DNA of 64,000 bases from a virus (taxonomy: Duplodnaviria > Caudoviricetes), in IMG/VR virus record IMGVR_UViG_3300030330_003013, positions 2,669-66,668 of that record; one strand, given 5' to 3'. The position numbers were made by a program, and so were the translations under genes. Below the pieces are notes generated by a model. The model saw only the letters and a list, made by a program, of their open reading frames with translations. It was not told the DNA's origin and made no database searches. This document shows, in pieces, positions 27,687-35,710 of the stretch (positions within the stretch are counted from its first letter, which is position 1; each line of letters opens with the position of its first letter).

Positions 27687-27995
27687 TCATTCCTCCTCAT
27701 TTGCAAAAAAGGACTCTATCTGTTTTGTAGCCACCCATGATTGTGTGCCTATGTCTAACGAGATGACGGACACATCTGCGGCCAGCAAATACACCGTTCC
27801 ATCTCTCTTCCATCCATGAGGCGTGGGTGTGCCTATCTCGGCTGAATCTATCACGGCCACCCAATGCCCTCCGTGTTGTTCGGGCAAACGCACCGTCTTA
27901 AAGTCTCGTGTGGGGATGAATACGCCATCCCCCATATCCACGACTCCGCTTCCGTCTGTCGTGCCTGTTGCAAATCCGAATATGTCTTCGTTCAT
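27687..27995 (-). CDS. Hypothetical protein
   Basis: GAGGAGGAATGA junction. Confidence 0.55.
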   Translation of the reverse strand: MNEDIFGFATGTTDGSGVVDMGDGVFIPTRDFKTVRLPEQHGGHWVAVIDSAEIGTPTPHGWKRDGTVYLLAADVSVISLDIGTQSWVATKQIESFFANEEE

Positions 27996-28267
27996 TCCTC
28001 CTCACCTCTCGCTGGTCTAATCAAAAGTCCGTATTTGTTATACACAAAACCAGCCCTCTCCTTAACCATTCTTGCAAGTCTCATTTCCTCCGCCGTTCCC
28101 CTAAATCGGGCATCGAGCGGTTTGTCGGTGTATCTTTGCGTTAATTGCTGATTGACTAAATACAGAATATCACGTCCGTTCAACTCGTGCGGGTCGCCTG
28201 TGTATGTCGAGGAGAAGAAAATATCCACCTCTTCATCGAAGTCAATTGAATTATATCGGAGTCTCAT
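27992..28267 (-). CDS. Hypothetical protein
   Basis: ATGA overlaps. Confidence 0.55.
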   Translation of the reverse strand: MRLRYNSIDFDEEVDIFFSSTYTGDPHELNGRDILYLVNQQLTQRYTDKPLDARFRGTAEEMRLARMVKERAGFVYNKYGLLIRPARGEEE

Positions 28268-28851
28268 GCGCTCACCTCCACATCAAGGTCATTCACATCA
28301 TATCCGTCATCATCCAACCACATGACTTCGCCTTCCTCAACTCTTCGGAATACGAACCATTGACCGTCTAACTTAGAGACCCAAATGCCGTTCTCCTTTA
28401 GGTCGGCCTTATTCTCTCTCCAATAATCCCAAAACGCCTCGTTAGGGTGTGCATACCACATAGTCTGACGGTTATTCATGTGCATATAGAAGTCATCTCC
28501 CAAACCAATGTCGAAGTAGGGCTCGACCTTCTTTCGTGGGGTCTCGGAATACTTGATGCGTATGTTAGCATTTGCAAATCCACGAGCCAATGTGCGCTCT
28601 CGTAGGTCTTCGGCTTTTGCAATTGCTTCGTTTAGTGTGTATGAAAGGTTCTGAACAAAACTACTTCTGCACCATACCGCAAACTTACCCGCTTTGTATG
28701 GGTGTGGTTTGACGAACACTTGGTCTTGATAGAGGGTATAGAACACCTCCTTTTCGCCTGTGCGACATACCCACAGGGTTTGATACCAGCCCGCCTCTTC
28801 GGGTCTCCTTCCGTTTGCATCCGCCCAATCGTATAATGTATCCATGTTCAA
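28264..28851 (-). CDS. Hypothetical phage protein (aromatic-rich)
   Basis: 195-aa ORF; ATGA overlaps. Confidence 0.6.
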   Translation of the reverse strand: MNMDTLYDWADANGRRPEEAGWYQTLWVCRTGEKEVFYTLYQDQVFVKPHPYKAGKFAVWCRSSFVQNLSYTLNEAIAKAEDLRERTLARGFANANIRIKYSETPRKKVEPYFDIGLGDDFYMHMNNRQTMWYAHPNEAFWDYWRENKADLKENGIWVSKLDGQWFVFRRVEEGEVMWLDDDGYDVNDLDVEVSA

Positions 28852-29471
28852 TCCCTCCTGTAAATGTAGTAGGTCTCCCCGCTCGTGGGTATCTCGATTT
28901 CCTCACCGTCATAAGTTGCAAGAAAATGCGCCGCACCGTCTGTTTGGATAGCGTCATCCACGAGTCTTCGTAGCGTGGGCTCTTGCGGGTGTTGGAGCAT
29001 TTGATAGATTATGTTTGCATGACCGAGCGGTTGCAACAATTTGATGACTTCTGCATCAACGGCGGTGTAATTTGCAACAAAAGAAGGCACGAAATGGTGA
29101 AGACTCTCTCGTATTTCATCCATCACATGAGCGAAGACATCATCATCGCCCCTGCATATCACATAATCCGCACCATACGGTTGCTTCGGCACATACTCGA
29201 TTCTGTGGTTGCCTGTGTGTGGATGGATTGAGTATTTCCTGTCCTCAAAACAGTCTTGCAAATTGCATTCCTTTACGAAGTTTCTCTTGCTGATTTCGAC
29301 TGCATCTGCGGGGAAATATTTGCGCTTTCTCGGATTCATTCTTTGCACTAAGTATGACTCACATAGGGCAATCGCCTCGTGCAAGACGGGGTGTGAGCGG
29401 ATGAATGCCGCAACATCGGCATCCTCATCCGTCAGAAAAGTTGCATTTCCATAGTTATTTGCTGGCTTCAT
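28848..29471 (-). CDS. Conserved phage hypothetical protein
   Basis: C-terminal VDDAIQTDGAAHFLATYDGEE matches a recurring phage motif (D.I..DG.GHFL..YDGEE). Confidence 0.65.
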   Translation of the reverse strand: MKPANNYGNATFLTDEDADVAAFIRSHPVLHEAIALCESYLVQRMNPRKRKYFPADAVEISKRNFVKECNLQDCFEDRKYSIHPHTGNHRIEYVPKQPYGADYVICRGDDDVFAHVMDEIRESLHHFVPSFVANYTAVDAEVIKLLQPLGHANIIYQMLQHPQEPTLRRLVDDAIQTDGAAHFLATYDGEEIEIPTSGETYYIYRRD

Positions 29472-29867
29472 TCATTCACCTCCCAGCGTATCATCCACGC
29501 AGTCAAACATACGAGAGCGGATAGCCTGTAAGCGCATACCTTGAGTCGCTTTGTCGGGGTCGTCATCAGCCATATTTGCAACTTTGTCGAGTTGTTCAAA
29601 GTAGTCCTCAACATGATGTGCAAGTAGTCTGCGGCCATTCTGCGCCTTGCCTAACGCAGTCGTGAGAGAGGCAACTTGCAAAACCATTTCATCGTAGGCT
29701 TCGGCTTTCTCCCTCCTTATGCGGCGTAGGCTCTTGCCCGCTTCCACTACGGGCTCGATAGACGCAGGGGAAGAATCCTCCTCCACGCCTACCGCTTTCT
29801 TCAATCGGTTCGTTAGGTCATCCATCGTTGGGCTCGTCATTGTCCTCACCATCTCGTCTCCCTCCAC
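29472..29867 (-). CDS. Coiled-coil hypothetical protein
   Basis: Helical heptad character; RBS present. Confidence 0.55.
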   Translation of the reverse strand: MEGDEMVRTMTSPTMDDLTNRLKKAVGVEEDSSPASIEPVVEAGKSLRRIRREKAEAYDEMVLQVASLTTALGKAQNGRRLLAHHVEDYFEQLDKVANMADDDPDKATQGMRLQAIRSRMFDCVDDTLGGE

Positions 29868-30082
29868 AGTATATGAAGTAATCCGCCGAAAACGGACAAC
29901 TCATGCGGGAGTAGGGGGGTGTGTGTATGCGGGTGGTGCGCCCGACCCCTCAAAATTAGGCCGGACAACACCTCCTTTTCGTGGGTCAAAATTGTCTCGT
30001 CTCGGTTCTCCTTTCGGTGCTTGCGCTGGCCGGAGAGTCTGCTCATACGCAAGGCGTTCTCGTGGGTGTGCATCTGAATCAC
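29846..30082 (-). CDS. Small His-rich hypothetical protein (frame ambiguous with 29901..30164)
   Basis: Fills the gap, but a competing frame exists. Confidence 0.3.
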   Translation of the reverse strand: MIQMHTHENALRMSRLSGQRKHRKENRDETILTHEKEVLSGLILRGRAHHPHTHTPLLPHELSVFGGLLHILWRETRW

Positions 30083-30084
30083 AC

Positions 30085-30300
30085 CTACTCATCAAACACA
30101 ATGCGCTCAAAGCAAGTGTCGCATAGGTATTGGGTGAAGAGTTTGAGCCGACCACTATTTGCAAGTCTTAATTCGGTGCGCCAAAGGTTGAGGGCGGAAT
30201 GAACCGCATCCGGCCCAGCAACGGGAGCGGGTCTCGCTCCGCATTCGCCACACGCCTTCGGGAAAGACTTGCAACAACCGCAAGTGATTTCCTCGCTCAT
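30085..30300 (-). CDS. Zinc-finger protein
   Basis: CGCC...CGECG...CDTC. Confidence 0.6.
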   Translation of the reverse strand: MSEEITCGCCKSFPKACGECGARPAPVAGPDAVHSALNLWRTELRLANSGRLKLFTQYLCDTCFERIVFDE

Positions 30301-30578
30301 TCCTCCTCACCTCCCTTGATTATGCGGGAGATATTTGCAATATCCGCCTCATCAATTGACTCGCCACGAATAGCCGCATCTCTCATGTGTAGGATTTCTT
30401 CGGTCAGCCTTACGACTGTCTGTCTGTCTGATACTCCTTCGTTGTAAAGGAGACAGGCGAGGAGAGCGTTTGCATGAACCTCACGCTCGCTCTCATCTCC
30501 GGATAGAAGGGTGGAGATAACATCAACCACCGCTTCTGTCGGGAGAGTTACAAACTCTTGCAAGTCTTCGCCTAACAT
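30297..30578 (-). CDS. Helical hypothetical protein
   Basis: Tiles in the array; ends EEE*. Confidence 0.55.
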   Translation of the reverse strand: MLGEDLQEFVTLPTEAVVDVISTLLSGDESEREVHANALLACLLYNEGVSDRQTVVRLTEEILHMRDAAIRGESIDEADIANISRIIKGGEEE

Positions 30579-31522
30579 TGTTCCATCACCTCCTCGATTG
30601 CAGTTACTACTGCATCAACGGCCTTTTCCACTTGTTGCCGAACATTATTGTTTCGTGGTATGTGATTGACTGCGCTGAAAGCATCACAACCGAGAATAGT
30701 TGCAAGTGTCTCACAAAACGCTTTGTCCGGATTTAGTGTTCTTCCAGCACCGCTGGATGATACATTCGATGCCCTTCTTGCCGCTAAGGAACGGGCGGAG
30801 AAGGTAACATTCCTCCAAACCCATGAGGACATGGCCGAAGCCGCTTGATACAGGTTGAAAACCTCATCCGCCGCTTTGATGCGAGTTACTGCGACTGAGC
30901 CGTTGCCGTTGTATGCAACATCTTCTGAATATGCTAAAGCATATATCTCGACCATGTATCCTTGCTCCTCAAGGATTTCAGCGGCGGCTAAAGCCGCACT
31001 TGCACGAATCGAATTGATTTCGGGGTCAATATTGGCGAGAGAGTTAGTCGGCACGAAGAGGGCTACAACTTCTTGCTTCATGCGAACCCGCCTCTTGCTT
31101 CTGAATGGACTCTCGCCATTGAACAGGCGTTCCATTGAGATTCCATTAACTACTCGTGGAGCATCAGTCCAGCATCGAATGCTTCCCATAATTTCAGAAT
31201 GAAATTGTGAAAGCGCATCGAGCATCTTTCCTTCGTGTTCCTTTACGGCTTTAGCGTCTCTCTCGTGTCCGACTCCATCTCGGCCTTCGTCTTTGACGAC
31301 CTTTGGATTTGCAATTCTTCCATAGAAGTCAAGTTGGGAGCGAGTCATATTTGTAATATCTTCGATATTCTCATGCTTCTCTCCATATTCTATGGAACGA
31401 ATCATGGCTGAATGGCTTGGAGCATAGATGAAATCTATCGGCCGGCTTCGCTGGTGCTTGAACCATCCGGTTCTGACTCCGTTTTCATCGGTTGAATCAT
31501 TGTTCAGCATTTCTCGTCTCAC
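30572..31522 (-). CDS. vWA-like partner of MoxR-type AAA ATPase (CobT-like)
   Basis: C-terminal strand-helix pattern VVALFVPTNSLANI...AALAAAEILEEQGYMVEIYA; directly downstream of the AAA gene. The MIDAS motif looks degenerate. Confidence 0.6.
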   Translation of the reverse strand: MRREMLNNDSTDENGVRTGWFKHQRSRPIDFIYAPSHSAMIRSIEYGEKHENIEDITNMTRSQLDFYGRIANPKVVKDEGRDGVGHERDAKAVKEHEGKMLDALSQFHSEIMGSIRCWTDAPRVVNGISMERLFNGESPFRSKRRVRMKQEVVALFVPTNSLANIDPEINSIRASAALAAAEILEEQGYMVEIYALAYSEDVAYNGNGSVAVTRIKAADEVFNLYQAASAMSSWVWRNVTFSARSLAARRASNVSSSGAGRTLNPDKAFCETLATILGCDAFSAVNHIPRNNNVRQQVEKAVDAVVTAIEEVMEQC

Positions 31523-31560
31523 CTCCTGTAAATTGAGGGGGCGAGTCCGAGTCTTACGAC

Positions 31561-33387
31561 TCAGACCGCGCCTCCAATTGGTGTGGTGATTGGCTCAACA
31601 CCCGCTGGAATCAGCGAAGCCGATTCCTCCCATGAATTGAGACCACCGATACGATTTGCAACAACTTGCCTCTTCGACTCGTCATTGAAAGGAACAATCC
31701 AGCGAGCAACGATTGAAGGCATTGTCCAACCGGAATGAGCAAGGCTCATACCGACTTCTAATGCTCTATAACTCATTGGGATTCCCATTCGGGAAGAGTC
31801 GGCCAAATCTTTCAACTCATTGAACGAGTCGAAGACTTCCTGTGGAGTTGCTGGCTCACCTGCTGGGCTCTCTTCCGCCTCAACCTTTCCAGCATTGGAA
31901 AGACCGCAGATATGAGCCATGATTCGGTTAGAATGACCGAATGCGACAAAGCCTCCAGCGAATCGGTCAAGAAGCGAAGCGTCTTGCTTTTGAGCCGCCG
32001 CAAATCGAGGGGATTTTGCAAATCCCGTAGTGTTTGCCGCCGCCACGATGTAGCAATCCTTGCTAACCGGAATGACCTCGCCTGTAACCGGATTTACAAG
32101 TTGTCTCGATGCTAAAACTCCGTTTAGCAAAGTTGCAACTGCTGGGTCGGCTTTATCCAATTCATCAACAAAGGCTACGCCGCCATTGATTAGAACAGTA
32201 GTCAGACCGCTCATATTCCATTCGTTGTCTGAATTGAGGGAGTATTTGACTCGACCAATCAAGTCGCCTTTCTCCATATCTGCGAAGCAGATAACCTCTT
32301 TGAAGTCATGTTCTTTAGATAGCAAACCCACTTCTTGAAGAAGTGCATGGAACATCTGAGCGGCATGAGACTTGCCTGTTCCAGCATCTCCGGTCATCAA
32401 GACCGGATTAGGGAAGCCACGAGTTGCAAGACCAGCAGTCATAATCCCTAACGCAGTAGGGAAGTGAGGATGATAGACACTTCCGGATTTTGCAACTATT
32501 TGCTGACCCTTGATTACTTCAAGGGTTCTGACCGGAGCGAAGGACTTGCTAAACTGTTCGATTACACCGCTTGCGGTTTCGTGAGCAATCCTTCTTACGG
32601 TCTCCTCGTCAATTGCTTTTCCAGCAATATTCTGAATCAACTCGATAAGTTGGCCTTCTGCACCACCTACGGTGGTAGATTTTACAACCTTCGGTTGGGT
32701 CTTTGGTTCAACAACCTTCGGTTGAGGAGTTGGCTCAACCTTTGGTTGTGCTAAGATAACCGAGTTGGAATTGAAGGATTGCATTTCCCTCCTTGCTTCT
32801 GCTGAATAAAACGCATCAGAAGAGGCTGGCTGACTCCATGAATGGGCTCTATCAGCCAAACTGAGGAAGTCCAGCAACTCAGTTAATCCGAAGTATAGGT
32901 GAAGGTATGAAATGACCTTTCCTGTTTCTTCTGACGGAGTTTTGGAAGCCTTATGGCTTCTATAAGCACCGATGGCGTAGCCATTTCGGATTCCACATTC
33001 AAAGTGAAGCCACTTTGAGTATCGGTTTCCAAAGATAGCACTATCACCGTTGCTTAGGAAGTTTGCAACTTCTCTTCCCTTCATGGCTTCGCCACAACAA
33101 GGGCAATCAGAATCTTGGTGGCCTTTGGCTCGATAGATATTCGCTCCACCCAATCTTTTGATTCGCCGCCTAACTTCGTTAATTTCGCTATCAGTAATCG
33201 CAAACGACTTTGATACGGAGAGAGTTGCAAGTCCTACAATAGAGAGGACTGTGCTTATCTCCGCACTAAAGCCGCTAACCACTACTCCGAAGAGTAGTAA
33301 AGCGGCAACTACTACTCCTACGGCATTCATTATTCCGGCATCTCCTAAATCAGTCAATCTCGACCTCATCACCCTTGTCGGAGGCAC
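31561..33387 (-). CDS. MoxR/CbbQ/CobS-like AAA+ ATPase with N-terminal TM and zinc-finger extension
   Basis: Walker A GDAGTGKS, Walker B FVDELD, AAANT, QDASLLDRF. The N-terminus has two hydrophobic segments and CPCC...WLHFEC. Probable start ATG 33369. Confidence 0.85.
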   Translation of the reverse strand: MPPTRVMRSRLTDLGDAGIMNAVGVVVAALLLFGVVVSGFSAEISTVLSIVGLATLSVSKSFAITDSEINEVRRRIKRLGGANIYRAKGHQDSDCPCCGEAMKGREVANFLSNGDSAIFGNRYSKWLHFECGIRNGYAIGAYRSHKASKTPSEETGKVISYLHLYFGLTELLDFLSLADRAHSWSQPASSDAFYSAEARREMQSFNSNSVILAQPKVEPTPQPKVVEPKTQPKVVKSTTVGGAEGQLIELIQNIAGKAIDEETVRRIAHETASGVIEQFSKSFAPVRTLEVIKGQQIVAKSGSVYHPHFPTALGIMTAGLATRGFPNPVLMTGDAGTGKSHAAQMFHALLQEVGLLSKEHDFKEVICFADMEKGDLIGRVKYSLNSDNEWNMSGLTTVLINGGVAFVDELDKADPAVATLLNGVLASRQLVNPVTGEVIPVSKDCYIVAAANTTGFAKSPRFAAAQKQDASLLDRFAGGFVAFGHSNRIMAHICGLSNAGKVEAEESPAGEPATPQEVFDSFNELKDLADSSRMGIPMSYRALEVGMSLAHSGWTMPSIVARWIVPFNDESKRQVVANRIGGLNSWEESASLIPAGVEPITTPIGGAV

Positions 33388-33954
33388 ACCTACTTAAGAC
33401 TCTTACTTCGCATAATGCACACCGTCTGAGTTTTGACTTGCAAATTGTTATTTCCGAATACCCAAAAATTATCAGCAATTTTCCAAACAATACTCCGTAG
33501 TATTGTTTGGTAAATCACATACGGATACATTGTGGCTGGATTTACAATCCATCCACAACACAGACGGAGGCCTGTGTAATCTCCTATTGAAGATATGAAG
33601 CAAAAATCTTCGATTTATTGCTTATATCCGCGTGGATTTGCGCGCAAGTCCTCCGAAAAATCGGCAGTCATTTGGAGGCGTATATGAGGCACATATCAAG
33701 GACTTCGCAAAGAGACTTCTGATGACTCTCCCTGCGTGAAGTCCGGTGCGCGAGTTGATTGATTTTCTAAGACCGAATCGGCCTAATATCCGGACTACGG
33801 TATCAACTCGTTGATACCTATTGACTATATTAGCCGGACAATTTTGCTTGGTGGTTATTACATAACCAACTGCTGAATCCAAAAAATTGCAGAAGATTCT
33901 TCGCCTTATCTTGACTTAATCTCCGATTACTGTTTGATAAGCAAAAAAAGAGTT

Positions 33955-33991
33955 GGAGGAGGCCAACAGTCGAAGACTGCCGACCCCCTCC
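33955..33991 (-). terminator. Stem-loop followed by a T-tract on the - strand; candidate terminator downstream of 34058..34915
   Basis: GGAGG...CAGTC-GAA-GACTG...CCTCC, preceded on + by AAAAAAA (33943-33949). Confidence 0.5.
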
Positions 33992-34057
33992 GGATTTGCA
34001 ACTTTTCCCTAACTTGATTTTACCTCCTTATTCGATTTCCAATCTTCGATTGAACCC

Positions 34058-34915
34058 TCAATAATTTCCCGAATCGAGGATATATTGGGTCTCTCGATAA
34101 ACTCGGTTAATTCCCTTCCTAACGAAGTTAAAATCCGAATCGGAAGAGTTGGTGAAATCCAGCATAGTCTCAAGACTAACCTTCATTTGGAATCCTATCC
34201 AATCTTTAGCGAGATATTCTTCCTCCATTGAGTCGGCTATCTCCTCTAAGGAGGAGATATTTTCCTTAATGTCTCCTTGATATAGAGCATCAAAGAACCT
34301 TGACCTCAATTCTTTGAATTGAACCTTAGCCTTTACTGACTCCAAATAGGAGTCAATGTCGTCTAAGTCAAGGCTTAGATTCTCTAAGACCTCGATAATC
34401 CACAACCTCTTGATTTCAGAAGTAGGGAGATATATCTCCCTCGACTCCTTGAAATCCCAAATGGCTCTTTGAGACTCGGTTACACCGAGTCTCATGGCTT
34501 TGGTTTGGTTATTGACGAAAACTGATGTTTCAAAACAAAACGAAGTTTTGTTCTCGTCATCAACTTCAATCCAGCAACCGATATATCGGTTGTTTTCGGC
34601 GGCTTCGGTTCTTACTGAATCCAATTTTGATAGGAAAACTTCCCGTAGGGAAGAAGCCCCATCAAAGGGATATTCACCATGTCCGGTGTTCAAGGCTACT
34701 GCGTAGCCTTGAGACCAATTCCGAATCTCCATAGAGATTGGGTCAATGGTCGCCCCACCTTCTGATAGCAAGTGCTGAATCAAAGATTCAGCATCCTCCA
34801 TCAGAAAATCTCCGAAGGTGATGTTCCTTTTAGGAACATCCTCCTCAGACACAGGATGCCTTACGGCATCCTGTGCAGTCGTTCTTTCTGCATCATCATT
34901 CACATTTTGCTTCAT
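34058..34915 (-). CDS. Acidic hypothetical protein (hairpin-saturated gene)
   Basis: 285-aa ORF with an AGGAGG RBS; no recognised family. Confidence 0.65.
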   Translation of the reverse strand: MKQNVNDDAERTTAQDAVRHPVSEEDVPKRNITFGDFLMEDAESLIQHLLSEGGATIDPISMEIRNWSQGYAVALNTGHGEYPFDGASSLREVFLSKLDSVRTEAAENNRYIGCWIEVDDENKTSFCFETSVFVNNQTKAMRLGVTESQRAIWDFKESREIYLPTSEIKRLWIIEVLENLSLDLDDIDSYLESVKAKVQFKELRSRFFDALYQGDIKENISSLEEIADSMEEEYLAKDWIGFQMKVSLETMLDFTNSSDSDFNFVRKGINRVYRETQYILDSGNY

Positions 34916-34986
34916 GCTTTTTCCTCCTGTTTTTATTAACTAAGTCTCCAAAAAAAAAATCAAAATCGCTTGACTGCGGCTTTGTT

Positions 34987-35541
34987 TTACTCATCCAACT
35001 CCAACATTAGCAACCCTAATTCAGCAACCAACTCAACCGCTGAAAATGACGCTGTTTCGCTGATTTCGTGATGTTCCCAGCCATCTAATTCCGACCATTC
35101 CATAAACTCCATTTCGGTCTCAAGAATGAAGGACTGCGACACTATTGCTGATGTTGAATAGACCTCATATTCTCCGCTGATATTCCGGACAGTTGCAAAT
35201 ATCTTCAATTTCTCATCCGGCTCAACATCGGCTGGAATTACTGAGGTCATGGATAGGATTTCCGGCGAATATACTCCTTCGGAGTATAGATTCTCAACGG
35301 TGGGTAATCCAACATCCATTTTTGACGCTGGATAGAAAGTGAAGTGAAGATTGGAAGAAAAATTGCTCTCAATCCACACCTCTTTTTCTGACGGGAAGAC
35401 CCCGTAGGGGTCTTCATTCTCCGCATTCTCGGTTCGGTCTTCACGCTCGTTTCTATGGTAGGACACCATGACCTCGACTAAAGGTCTGAAAAGTAAAGGT
35501 TTCCTTCTTGCAAATAGGCTCGCAGTCCATCGTTTTTGCAA
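34987..35541 (-). CDS. Acidic hypothetical protein
   Basis: 184-aa ORF from TTG; a likely internal ATG (MVSYH) lies near 35469. Confidence 0.55.
   Translation of the reverse strand: MQKRWTASLFARRKPLLFRPLVEVMVSYHRNEREDRTENAENEDPYGVFPSEKEVWIESNFSSNLHFTFYPASKMDVGLPTVENLYSEGVYSPEILSMTSVIPADVEPDEKLKIFATVRNISGEYEVYSTSAIVSQSFILETEMEFMEWSELDGWEHHEISETASFSAVELVAELGLLMLELDE
35514..35535 (-). repeat. Dispersed copy of the 24-bp motif
   Basis: The - strand reads AAACGATGGACTGCGAGCCTAT. Confidence 0.65.
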
Positions 35542-35710
35542 CTTTTAGGGCTTTGAGATTTGCAACTTTTTGAGGCCAAAAATGACGGGGCTGGCGGCCC
35601 ATGCTACACGCCAACCCCCTCTCGTAATTTTTTTATTTTTTTATAGAAAAACCTATATATTTTATAAATCTTAGATAATCTTAATAAAACAGAAGGAATT
35701 AGTCTTATTT

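Larger units (their letters stand above)
31382..35415. repeat. Segment densely packed with short perfect inverted repeats (hairpins)
   Basis: More than 25 perfect 5-12 bp stems found by eye, e.g. 33483-33510, 34471-34493, 34690-34712, 34850-34875, 35270-35288, 35395-35415. Confidence 0.85.

Noticed and set aside
33622-33882. 86-aa ORF in the hairpin gap
   Set aside because: No RBS, atypical composition, and it lies over stacked inverted repeats; probably spurious.
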